Assembly: GCA_041649675.1 (NCBI GenBank)
Contig: JBAZMQ010000005.1
Span: forward strand, 9,635-73,634
Direction of reading: 5' to 3'
Length of the DNA: 64,000 nucleotides
Origin: Patescibacteria group bacterium
GTDB lineage: Bacteria > Patescibacteriota > Patescibacteriia > Buchananbacterales > UBA6539
The notes beneath the pieces were generated by a model. That model made no database searches. It worked only from the letters and a program-made list of their open reading frames with translations, and had not been told where the DNA came from. Every line of letters starts with the position of its first letter. Position 1 is the stretch's first letter. A program made the position numbers and the translations under genes. This document shows positions 27,170-35,795 of the stretch, piece after piece.

Positions 27170-27832
27170 ATGACTAACCCAATCAAAGCAAGCTTCAAAA
27201 CTGAAATTATCCCAATAATTCTAATTTTGCTAAGCATCGCTGCCAGTTTTTATTTCTATGCCAATTTTCCGCCAACCGTTGCAACTCATTGGAATTACAA
27301 AGGTGACGTTGACGGTTGGTCAAGTAAAGCTTTTGCTGCCTTTTTCTTTCCCTTTTTCAATATTGCTTTATATTTACTTTTTTTAGGTATTCCTTACTTA
27401 GATCCCAAAAAAGATCGCTATGAACAATTTGCCAAAGTTTATCATGTGTTTAAAAATTTGTTTGTCATCTTCATGACGGCAATATACTTTTTGGTCGGAT
27501 TAGCCGGCCTGGGTTATGATGTTTCAGTAGGCAGTATTGTCCCTGCCTCGGTTGGCATACTGTTTATAATTTTGGGCAACTACATGGGAAAAATCAAATC
27601 AAACTGGTTTATGGGCATCAGAACTCCTTGGACCTTGTCAAACGAAGAAGTTTGGAATAAAACCAACCGCTTAGGCGGAAAAATCTTTATTCTAATTGGT
27701 ATTCTTTTGATTGTTGGGATAGTTTTACCGCCAATGGTATTTTGGCAATTATTCATAATTGGCATGCTGATTATTGTTTTAGTGCCAATGATTTATTCAT
27801 TTTTACTTTATAAAAAATTAGAAAAGAAGTAA
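27170..27832 (+). CDS. SdpI/YhfL-family membrane protein (DUF1648 plus SdpI domain). The start is taken at the ATG after the ArsR stop.
   Basis: DUF1648 motif FPPTVATHWNYKGDVDGW and SdpI motif GNYMGKIKSNWFMGIRTPWTL. The ORF-track start at 27098 is a GTG inside arsR. Confidence 0.7.
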   Translation: MTNPIKASFKTEIIPIILILLSIAASFYFYANFPPTVATHWNYKGDVDGWSSKAFAAFFFPFFNIALYLLFLGIPYLDPKKDRYEQFAKVYHVFKNLFVIFMTAIYFLVGLAGLGYDVSVGSIVPASVGILFIILGNYMGKIKSNWFMGIRTPWTLSNEEVWNKTNRLGGKIFILIGILLIVGIVLPPMVFWQLFIIGMLIIVLVPMIYSFLLYKKLEKK

Positions 27833-27878
27833 CATTTTGCGACACAATTGATAGGCAATATAATTTTATAGGGAAGAA

Positions 27879-27912
27879 GACTTTGGAATAATCCAAAGTC
27901 CTCGTTGTTTTA
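27879..27912 (+). terminator. Hairpin terminator after the sdpI-like gene
   Basis: gactttgga...tccaaagtc followed by ctcgttgtttt. Confidence 0.5.
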
Positions 27913-27924
27913 GTGTGGGAAGCC

Positions 27925-28201
27925 GGTCGGGGCTTGATTTACTGCGAGCAGTAAAATGTCAATTACTTTAGTAATCAACAATACAAGCTTTGACGCGACC
28001 TCAGGGAGGAACAGCTTCAAGACCACAATGGTCACGGCGAGAGCTAACCCTCCTCGAATAGTTTCAAACATACGTTTGCATGTTTATGAATAAGAGGTTG
28101 GGCTAACATACCCAAGATGACCAATCTTGACTGTTGTTTGCCCTCCCGTAACCACCGAGTATAACCATAGTCGGGGATTAACGAAGGGCAAACTTTTTTT
28201 A
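27925..28201 (+). ncRNA. Candidate structured RNA ending in a long-stem terminator. ORF-free.
   Basis: Multiple local hairpins (aagcc/ggctt, gacca/tggtc, aaacat/atgttt). A 16-bp stem at 28136-28151 pairs with 28178-28193 and is followed by T7. Confidence 0.3.
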
Positions 28202-28686
28202 AGGAACAAGTGCGGCGGGCCGCCTTGTATTTTATAATAACTAAAAAAACGTGTCAAGGTATTACACGATTAATTAATGACAAATAGTTACCAAGTGCAA
28301 TAGATCTATCAACCCAAGCTGCGGGGGAATATTAATATGCTGCATTTTTTAAATGTCTTAGGGTCGCACAATATATCTTAAGCGACACTAGAGGAGTGGA
28401 CCCAGCCAATAAAAAGAATAATCAATTAGCTATAAAAAAGGCTTTAATAGTCAATTTAACCACTAAAGCCGACAAATATACCTTCTAACACCAAGGATTA
28501 GCTTAATATTAATAATATAAATTTTTAACAAAATTTTTTATTTCAGTAAGAAGAGAATTAATACTTAACAAGTTAAGTTAAACTAGGTTCAGGTTCAGTC
28601 TAGCCAATATTGCTGCGCAGCTATGTTTATAACCCAACCCAGGGGTCTAAAAACAGTAATTACGTATCCCCCATCCTTGGCCGGCT

Positions 28687-28718
28687 AAAAAAATGCGTCT
28701 TACATTTTACGACGCATT
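28687..28718 (-). terminator. Rho-independent terminator of ftsQ on the minus strand
   Basis: On the minus strand, atgcgtcgtaaaatgtaagacgcat followed by TTTTTTT. Confidence 0.6.
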
Positions 28719-28763
28719 GAATATATTAATTATTTTTTGAACTATGAATAATAATTATTACAA

Positions 28764-29624
28764 TTACTGATAAAAAACTTTTTCGCCAAAACGCAAATCA
28801 ATATATTTTAGCTTTTTATGATCCTTAATCTGCTGATGTAAAACAGATGTTAGTAAATCAATTTGGGTTTTAACTGATTCCTCCAAGCTAAAACGGACTT
28901 CCCAACCGTCTTTAGTTATTAAACTGATATCCTTTGCTTGCGGACTAGAGATATTGAAATGGGAAATATCAAAATCGGCGTTTAACTCAACCTGCTGAGT
29001 TAAATCAACAATAAAATTAATTAACTCTTTGGAAATGACGGCCTGACCAATTTTAAGCGGACTATTGCTTTGATCATAAATTATCGGATAACTATTAGTA
29101 CCTGCTTGAGGCCTAACTACTTGATTATCACCCTGTTGTTGAATAAATAAATCGGTTCCTTCTTCCTTTTTGATTACTACACCGTTTAAATCCAAAAAAT
29201 AATTTTGAGCGGCACTGACCCAAGATAAATATGATTTTTTTTCAGTAACCAAGATAGAGATGGTGTGAAAGTATTTCTTTTTTATTTCTAAATTCTCAAA
29301 GAAAAATTTTGCCAACAAATTAATTTTAGCCTGGTTTGAGTCAAAAAATAAAATATTGCTTTGACTAAAAATTAACCAACGTCTTTTGTTCAGTTGCTGG
29401 CCAATTTCAGCCTGGATCTCGTTATTACCGACGTATTGGTTACCGCTAATTTCAATCTTGTCTAGCCTAAAAGGTTTAGCAACAAAAAAATAAGCCAGGC
29501 CAAAAACTAATAAAATTAGCAAAAGCCAACCTAATTTATGACGGCTTTTCTTTTTGGCCTTAGGCTTTGATAAGTAATAAGGATTTTTGAAGCTTTTTCT
29601 TTGATAATCCCGCCGGCGGTGCAT
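28764..29624 (-). CDS. ftsQ: Cell division protein FtsQ/DivIB (POTRA)
   Basis: N-terminal TM segment and a POTRA region (RLDKIEISGNQYV). Sits immediately downstream of ddl. Confidence 0.75.
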   Translation of the reverse strand: MHRRRDYQRKSFKNPYYLSKPKAKKKSRHKLGWLLLILLVFGLAYFFVAKPFRLDKIEISGNQYVGNNEIQAEIGQQLNKRRWLIFSQSNILFFDSNQAKINLLAKFFFENLEIKKKYFHTISILVTEKKSYLSWVSAAQNYFLDLNGVVIKKEEGTDLFIQQQGDNQVVRPQAGTNSYPIIYDQSNSPLKIGQAVISKELINFIVDLTQQVELNADFDISHFNISSPQAKDISLITKDGWEVRFSLEESVKTQIDLLTSVLHQQIKDHKKLKYIDLRFGEKVFYQ

Positions 29625-29637
29625 AAAATTACTTTGT

Positions 29638-30798
29638 TTATTTGTACCAATCTTGTTTTGGCTGATAAGAAGTGGCTAATTTATTTTTTTCTTCAAACCG
29701 CTGAATGGCTAATTTAATTAATCGATCTAGCAAATCTTTGTAAGCAATACCACTGGCCTGCCAAAGCTTTGGATACATTGAAATTGAAGTAAAACCAGGG
29801 ATAGTATTAACTTCATTTAAATAAATTTTTTGGCTGCGTTTATTAACGAAAAAATCAACCCGGGACATACCCGCTAAATCAAGCGTCTTAAAAGCTAAAA
29901 CCGCTGTCTTTTGAATCTCCTTGGCTAACTTAGCTGGCAACTTGGCTGGAATTATGGCTTGCGAATTACCGTCAACGTACTTGGCGTCATAATCATAAAA
30001 CTCATTACCCGGGACAATTTCACCCGGCACTGAAGCTTGTGGCTTATCGTTGCCTAAAACGGCAACTTCAATTTCAGAAATATTTTCAATCCCCTGCTCA
30101 ACGATTATTTTTCGATCATACTGCATGGCTTCCTTAATACCGCTAACCAACTCTTTGCGATTATGGCATTTGCCAACACCAACACTGGAACCAGTATTAG
30201 CCGGTTTAACAAACATCGGATAGTGAAGGTTTTTTTCCAGCCGGTTTAAAAGACTATTTTGGTCCTTTTGCCATTCACTGCTTAAAAACCAATCGTACTC
30301 AACAATCGGCAGGTTCTGCTCTTTAAACAGCTGTTTTTGAACGATTTTATCCATACCCAAGGCCGAACCCAAAACGCCAGGGCCAACATAAGCAATATTG
30401 GCCATTTCCAAAAGTCCCTGCAGTTTACCGTCTTCACCGTAAGTACCGTGCATCACTGGAATAATTACATCCAATTTATCAAACGAATGATTTTGTTCGA
30501 CGGTTGATAAATTATTATCTTTGACGCTAATCAAACCTTTCTCGGTTGGATCAGGCACAATTACCGATTTAAATGGCAATTTTTTAATCCCTTCTTTAAG
30601 AAAATGAACAGCCTGGGAACCGGCAATCCATTTGCCTTCTTTCGTAATACCAATTGGGATAACATCGTATTTATCTTTATCTAACGCTGCCATAACCGAC
30701 TGAGCCGAAACTATTGAAACTTCATGCTCGCCAGACCGGCCACCAAAGATTACTCCAATTTTAATTTTTTTAGGTTTAGTCATAGAAAAATTTATCAC
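29638..30798 (-). CDS. ddl: D-alanine--D-alanine ligase
   Basis: IGVIFGGRSGEHEVS, ATP-grasp motifs, and a C-terminal NEVNTIPGFT. Confidence 0.9.
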   Translation of the reverse strand: MINFSMTKPKKIKIGVIFGGRSGEHEVSIVSAQSVMAALDKDKYDVIPIGITKEGKWIAGSQAVHFLKEGIKKLPFKSVIVPDPTEKGLISVKDNNLSTVEQNHSFDKLDVIIPVMHGTYGEDGKLQGLLEMANIAYVGPGVLGSALGMDKIVQKQLFKEQNLPIVEYDWFLSSEWQKDQNSLLNRLEKNLHYPMFVKPANTGSSVGVGKCHNRKELVSGIKEAMQYDRKIIVEQGIENISEIEVAVLGNDKPQASVPGEIVPGNEFYDYDAKYVDGNSQAIIPAKLPAKLAKEIQKTAVLAFKTLDLAGMSRVDFFVNKRSQKIYLNEVNTIPGFTSISMYPKLWQASGIAYKDLLDRLIKLAIQRFEEKNKLATSYQPKQDWYK

Positions 30799-30914
30799 AA
30801 GATCTTAATTGACCAATAAAATAAATATATCAATTTATCAAGGTAAAATCAAATATTACTGATTTATTTATACATATATTTTAACTAATTTAAGCCAAAA
30901 TATAATAAATACTC

Positions 30915-30943
30915 TTGACAATTTTTTTCTAAAATGCTACAAT
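30915..30943 (+). promoter_or_regulatory. Perfect sigma70-type promoter: TTGACA, 17-nt spacer, TACAAT
   Basis: Direct sequence match. It is orientated away from ddl and towards the 3' end of alr. Confidence 0.6.
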
Positions 30944-30949
30944 ACTTTC

Positions 30950-31680
30950 TACAATGTACCTTGACTTTTTTAACCGAAACTTCAACCATGGAGAAAATTG
31001 CTTATAGAAAAAAACAAAACTCAACGGACAAAATAAACTTGTAAGACAAGCATAACTTAAGAAAGGAGCGCACGGATGAGGAAATACTTATTACTGCCAT
31101 TTAAATGACGGGCCTGAAATAAAAAGGCATCATTCTTTCTCCCAACCGTTGTTTGTTGTCCGTTTTGTCCGCTTATTGCCCCGCGGCACAGAGATTCGCG
31201 GGAGTACTGCTTGAGCAGAGAGCGGACTATGGGTGCGCGGATGGCGCACTGGATAGAGGATACTTTGATCCGGAAAAAAATTTTTTCTGACCCGGACGTC
31301 CATCCAAAAAAGTATCCATTGTTACGGATGCAGAGCGAAAGTGCCGATAGTGCCCGAGGGCATACCTGACGCGCGGAGCCTCAGAGCCCCCAATATGCTT
31401 CTGTCGGATGGCTGCATCCAAAATTTGATCCCGAGGGTCTAACGATTGCGGATTTTAAGCGCTGCACTCACCACGGGTAGTGTGGCGTGACCGCGTTTAG
31501 AGGTTGCCCTTACGAGGATCATGGTTGTCGGGACCGGTTATAAGCGGTCGACGGATCGCCAGTTTTTCAGGACTTGGCAGATGCCGTTCCACCCCAACTG
31601 GTACCCTTGTTGCCCGAACCCCGGACGTCTTGTTGCATGAAAATGTGACAGACTCCGGGGTTCCTCACTTCTATATAAAT
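30950..31680 (+). ncRNA. Candidate large structured non-coding transcript of about 0.7 kb. GC about 52%, ORF-free.
   Basis: No ORF of 60 aa or more with an SD. Only a 10-aa SD-preceded micro-ORF is present. A 10-bp GC stem at 31614-31623 pairs with 31655-31664 near the end. The motif cccggacgtc is repeated. Confidence 0.3.
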
Positions 31681-31681
31681 T

Positions 31682-32794
31682 TTAATTTAAATATTTTCTT
31701 TTCAATACCGGATTAATCCGCGTTACCACTTCATAGTTAATCGTACCAATTTTTTCGGCTAATGATTCTACTGTAATCCCCTTTCCTAACAAGACCACTT
31801 CCTCGCCGACTTTGGCATTTTTAACCGAACTGATATCAACCATAGTTAAATTCATACAAATTCGCCCGACCACCGGGCATTTTTTATTTTTAATTAAAAC
31901 TTGGCCTTTACTGCTTAAGTGCCTGTCATAACCCTCCCAATAACCAACGGCCAAAACTGCAATGGTCATTTTCTTTTTAGCTGTGTAAGTACAGCCGTAA
32001 CCAATCTTGGTACCAGCAGAAATTTCTTTAATCTGAATAATTTTGGTTTTCCAAACCAAGGCGGGTTTTAACTTTAACCACGGATAATGCTTTAAAGCTA
32101 TTTTTTTGGCCAAAGGTGAGGGCCAAAGACCGTATAAACCCAAACCTAACCTAATTAGATTCAAATGGGCCTGAGGCTTAACTAAGGCAGCAGCCGAGCA
32201 AGCAAAATGTCGGTACGGGATAACGCGCAACTGATCGGATTGATTTAAAACCTGACCAAACTTATCAACTTGCAGCTGAGTGTATTTTTGATTTTCTTCA
32301 GAAGCAGCGAAATGACTATAAATTCCAACAATTTCTAAGTTTGGTAATTGACTAATTTTTTTAATAAACTCAAAAGCATTTTGAGCTAAAACTCCCACCC
32401 GGCTAGCACCGGTATCAACTTTGATATGGATCTTAGCGTATTTTCCTGATTTGGCTGCGATTTGAGAAATTAATTTTGCCGTTGGCAAATCATAAACTGG
32501 CAACTCAATATTTTGCTCAATACCTTGTTTAAGATAATTACTTTGAGCATAACTTAAAACAAAGATTCGATTTTTAATTTTATTTTTGCGCAGCTTTAAA
32601 GCTTCACCCAAACTAACAACGCCTAACCAACTGGTTTTTGAGCTAACTAATTTTGCCATTTGCACCATGCCGTGACCATAAGCGTTACTTTTAACAATTG
32701 GCATAATTTCAACTGACTGGCCAACAACTTTTTGGTACTGAGCTAAATTATGTAAAATAGCGGATTTTGAAATTTCTACCCAGGAATTATACAT
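31682..32794 (-). CDS. alr: Alanine racemase
   Basis: PLP-binding motif VVKSNAYGHG. Length 370 aa. Confidence 0.9.
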   Translation of the reverse strand: MYNSWVEISKSAILHNLAQYQKVVGQSVEIMPIVKSNAYGHGMVQMAKLVSSKTSWLGVVSLGEALKLRKNKIKNRIFVLSYAQSNYLKQGIEQNIELPVYDLPTAKLISQIAAKSGKYAKIHIKVDTGASRVGVLAQNAFEFIKKISQLPNLEIVGIYSHFAASEENQKYTQLQVDKFGQVLNQSDQLRVIPYRHFACSAAALVKPQAHLNLIRLGLGLYGLWPSPLAKKIALKHYPWLKLKPALVWKTKIIQIKEISAGTKIGYGCTYTAKKKMTIAVLAVGYWEGYDRHLSSKGQVLIKNKKCPVVGRICMNLTMVDISSVKNAKVGEEVVLLGKGITVESLAEKIGTINYEVVTRINPVLKRKYLN

Positions 32795-32831
32795 TTTTTT
32801 ATCTAATTTTAGAGGTTTTTTATCTTAAATA

Positions 32832-32860
32832 TTGACAATTTTTATATAATATGGTATTAT
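32832..32860 (+). promoter_or_regulatory. Sigma70-type promoter: TTGACA, 17-nt spacer, TATTAT
   Basis: Direct sequence match. It drives a mini-cassette made of an SD, a 34-aa ORF and a terminator. Confidence 0.5.
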
Positions 32861-32935
32861 TATTTGTTAACCATCCAAAAAATAAAGATGGTAATAAAAA
32901 GGCAGAAACCGCAACTTCAACCCAGGAGAAACGAC

Positions 32936-33043
32936 CATGACCATGGTTATCAACAGTAACGGAGAGGTAGACTACTACCCTGGTGACGACAGAGTTGTCG
33001 TCGCTGACCAAGCTCGCCAAGCCGAAAAAGAACGGCTATAATC
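32936..33043 (+). CDS. Candidate 34-aa ORF (MTMVINSNGEVDYYPGDDRVVVADQARQAEKERL) with an SD
   Basis: SD AGGAG lies 8 nt upstream. Local GC is elevated. A terminator hairpin follows at 33061-33108. Confidence 0.2.
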
Positions 33044-33060
33044 CATCTGCGACAACAAGG

Positions 33061-33108
33061 GCCGGTACACGCACAGTGATGCACGCGTTTACCGGCTCTT
33101 TCCCTTTT
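33061..33108 (+). terminator. Hairpin terminator
   Basis: gccggta...taccggc followed by tctttccctttt. Confidence 0.45.
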
Positions 33109-33110
33109 AG

Positions 33111-34358
33111 CTAACTTTTTTCAATTTTTTTAAAGCCAGTAAATTTTTGTAACACTTTTGGAATTTTAATGCTACCGTCTTTTTGCTGAAACTGTTCAAG
33201 GATGGCCGGAAACAAACGGCTGGTAGCCAAGCCTGAAGCGTTTAGCGTATGAACAAAATCATTTTTACCGGTTTCTTTATTTTTAAACCTGACATTGCCT
33301 CGCCTGGCTTGGTAATCCAAGGCATTAGAAATACTGCTAACTTCTTTATAAATTCCCATACTGGGAATCCAAACTTCAACATCAATGGTTTTGGCCATAG
33401 CGGCACTGGCATCGCCGGCGGCTAACTGAACGGATTGAAAATGCAAACCCAAACCGTCAACTAACTTTTCGGCGTTGGCGGTCAATTCTTTAAACGAATC
33501 CCAGGAATGCTTGGGCTTAGTATAATGAAACATTTCAATTTTATTAAACTGATGACCGCGAATCATTCCTCTTTCTTCCTTGCGGTAAGACCCAGCTTCG
33601 CGCCGAAAACAAGAAGAATAGGCACAATATTTTAAAGGCAGCTGAGATTCATCCAAAATCTCGTCGCGATGATAATTGCCAAGCATCATTTCCGAGGTGG
33701 CATTTAAGCAAAGCTGGTCTTGGGTCCAATATAAATCATCGCGGAACTTTGGCAGATGGCCGGAAGTGTAAGCCGATTTTTCCGTTAGTAAAAACGGCGG
33801 GATCATAAAAGTGTATTTGTTTTTGAGATGAAATTCCAAAAAGTAACTAAGCAAAGCCCATTCCAAAACTGCGCCCGCACCCTTATAAACCCAAAAACCA
33901 TTGCCTGACATCTTAACTCCCCTTTCATAATCAATAATATCCAAATCAGTAGCGAGCTGAACATGGTCTTTGGGACTAAATTTGAATTCTGATTTTTTGC
34001 CAAAAGTTTTTATCACCTTATTATTTTCCTTACCCCCGGCTAAAACATCATCGGCGGGAATATTGGGTAAGGCTGCCAACTTGTCATTTAACTCAGTTTC
34101 GGCCACTCTGACTTTTTCATCCAACTCCTTAATCTCTTCGCCAATGGTTTTCATTTTGGCAATAATTTCTGGGCTGGGTTTGGTTTTTGAATATTTGTTT
34201 CTTTCCGCTTTTAAAACTTCAACTTGTTGCAACAACTTTTTTCGTTCATCGTCTAAGCTCAAAACTGAATCCAAATCTAAATCTTTTGGTTCCATTCTTT
34301 TTAGTAAGGCCGTTTTGACTGTTTCTTTTTCCTGACGAATCTTATTAATGTCTAACAT
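33111..34358 (-). CDS. serS: Seryl-tRNA synthetase
   Basis: N-terminal coiled-coil arm and class II motifs (FRREAGS..., GLATSR). Confidence 0.9.
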   Translation of the reverse strand: MLDINKIRQEKETVKTALLKRMEPKDLDLDSVLSLDDERKKLLQQVEVLKAERNKYSKTKPSPEIIAKMKTIGEEIKELDEKVRVAETELNDKLAALPNIPADDVLAGGKENNKVIKTFGKKSEFKFSPKDHVQLATDLDIIDYERGVKMSGNGFWVYKGAGAVLEWALLSYFLEFHLKNKYTFMIPPFLLTEKSAYTSGHLPKFRDDLYWTQDQLCLNATSEMMLGNYHRDEILDESQLPLKYCAYSSCFRREAGSYRKEERGMIRGHQFNKIEMFHYTKPKHSWDSFKELTANAEKLVDGLGLHFQSVQLAAGDASAAMAKTIDVEVWIPSMGIYKEVSSISNALDYQARRGNVRFKNKETGKNDFVHTLNASGLATSRLFPAILEQFQQKDGSIKIPKVLQKFTGFKKIEKS

Positions 34359-34750
34359 ATATTTTTATTAATCTTTGAAGATTTATAAATATTTGGTTGA
34401 TACGACTTTAGTCTGATAATTTTTATTTTTGGAAAAAGTTTTTTTAAATCAGCTGTAAAATTTACTTGATCATAACCAAGACAAATTATATCAGGCTGGT
34501 ATTTTTTAATAACTTGGTATGGGTCACGAATTTGGCCCAAAACCACAGTGTCGGCAATATTGATTTTTTTGATCCCGCCTAAACGCTTAAGCTCATTGAA
34601 TTTGGGCAACCGGCCTTTGATTTTTTTAACATTTTTATCTCTGGCAATTACAACAATGATTTGATCGCCAAATTTTTTGGCTTGTTTGAATAAATTCAAA
34701 TGACCGGCGTGCAAGCCATCAAACGTGCCAAAGACCATGACTTTTTTCAT
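34352..34750 (-). CDS. Cytidylyltransferase-like nucleotidyltransferase (TagD/RibL-like)
   Basis: VFGTFDGLHAGH (H/T-x-GH) Rossmann motif. Length 132 aa. Confidence 0.65.
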   Translation of the reverse strand: MKKVMVFGTFDGLHAGHLNLFKQAKKFGDQIIVVIARDKNVKKIKGRLPKFNELKRLGGIKKINIADTVVLGQIRDPYQVIKKYQPDIICLGYDQVNFTADLKKLFPKIKIIRLKSYQPNIYKSSKINKNIC

Positions 34751-34752
34751 AT

Positions 34753-35319
34753 TTAGACCCCAAGCTCCGGCGCAATTTCTTTCATTGCCTGCAGACTCAA
34801 AGCAATAAAATCATCTAAGATGATATCCGCTTGTTCACATTCACGAATAATATCGCGGTTAACATTGGCGGCAAACGACTTATCTTTCATCTTCTTTTTT
34901 ATTGAACTGACTTCAACTGATTCCAGTTTTTTATCCGGCCGGACCAAGGCACAAGCATAAATCAAGCCAGTAATAGTTTCGGCCGCGGCTAACAAATGCT
35001 GCAGTTTGGTTGTTCGCTGCTGACTGGCCAAATCCGGACCCAAAGCGGCAAAACCGTAACCATGGGAAACGACTGTCTCAATAAAATCATTGTCAAACCC
35101 AGCCCGACTTAAAATTTCACGGCATTGGCGGCAATGGACACTCTCGCCATATTCCCAATCAATATCGTGCAATAAGCCTAAATTGCCCCAAACCTCTTCA
35201 TTTTCGCCCAAGCGCTTAGCTAAGGCCCTCATAATCACCTCGGACTCCCGGCTATGATTTAGATTAGCCGGATTTTTCATATGTTCAGTAAGTAAAATGT
35301 AGGCCTGCTGTCTATCCAT
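34753..35319 (-). CDS. HD-domain phosphohydrolase
   Basis: LGLLHDIDWEY HD motif. Sits upstream of the nucleotidyltransferase gene, a YqeK-like arrangement. Confidence 0.7.
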   Translation of the reverse strand: MDRQQAYILLTEHMKNPANLNHSRESEVIMRALAKRLGENEEVWGNLGLLHDIDWEYGESVHCRQCREILSRAGFDNDFIETVVSHGYGFAALGPDLASQQRTTKLQHLLAAAETITGLIYACALVRPDKKLESVEVSSIKKKMKDKSFAANVNRDIIRECEQADIILDDFIALSLQAMKEIAPELGV

Positions 35320-35324
35320 AAATT

Positions 35325-35789
35325 TTAATTTTCTGATTTATCTTTATGTTTGACTTCCATTTTACTGCGAATCCGATCGCTGTTTAAACCATAAAGCACA
35401 GCTAAAGCAATTAAGGTGGTAAAAATTGCCGCAAAATAAAAACCTAAGCCAACGGCCAAGCCAACGGCGGAAACCAACCAAATCGTCGCTGCTGTAGTTA
35501 TACCATGAACCATTTCGTCATCTTCTTTATCACCATGACCGCGAATAATTACGCCCGCCCCTAAAAAACCAATACCAGTAATTACGCCATACGCCAATTT
35601 AGTCGGATCACCGTCTTGCCCGGAAACAAAAAGTGAAGTTAGCATCACTAAAGTTGAACCAACACCAACCAAAATATTAGTGCGTAAACCAGCCGGCTTA
35701 TGCCGATACTCTCGCTCCAAACCAATAATGCCGGCTAAAACTGCCGAAAGCAACAAACGAAAAACGATTTGAACCGTTGTTAAAATCAT
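35325..35789 (-). CDS. MgtC/SapB-family membrane protein
   Basis: AGIIGLEREYRHKPAGLRTNILV signature. Confidence 0.8.
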   Translation of the reverse strand: MILTTVQIVFRLLLSAVLAGIIGLEREYRHKPAGLRTNILVGVGSTLVMLTSLFVSGQDGDPTKLAYGVITGIGFLGAGVIIRGHGDKEDDEMVHGITTAATIWLVSAVGLAVGLGFYFAAIFTTLIALAVLYGLNSDRIRSKMEVKHKDKSEN

Positions 35790-35795
35790 ATTTTT

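Noticed and set aside
27836-27868. Possible promoter ttgcga-16-tataat immediately after the sdpI stop
   Set aside because: It would fire straight into the sdpI terminator hairpin. I kept it only as a weak possibility and not as a feature.
31450-31500. T-box-like sequence gtgtggcgtgaccgcg in the ORF-free region
   Set aside because: Only a weak resemblance to the GGGTGGNACCGCG consensus. No aminoacyl-tRNA synthetase gene lies downstream on that strand.
31227-31716. ORFs 31227-31421 (-) and 31504-31716 (+) within the ncRNA candidate
   Set aside because: No SD, Arg/Gly/Ser-rich low-complexity products, and overlap with alr. They are GC-driven artefacts.
32820-33020. Minus-strand 66-aa ORF between alr and serS
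   Set aside because: No start context. It lies opposite a plus-strand promoter/SD/terminator mini-cassette.
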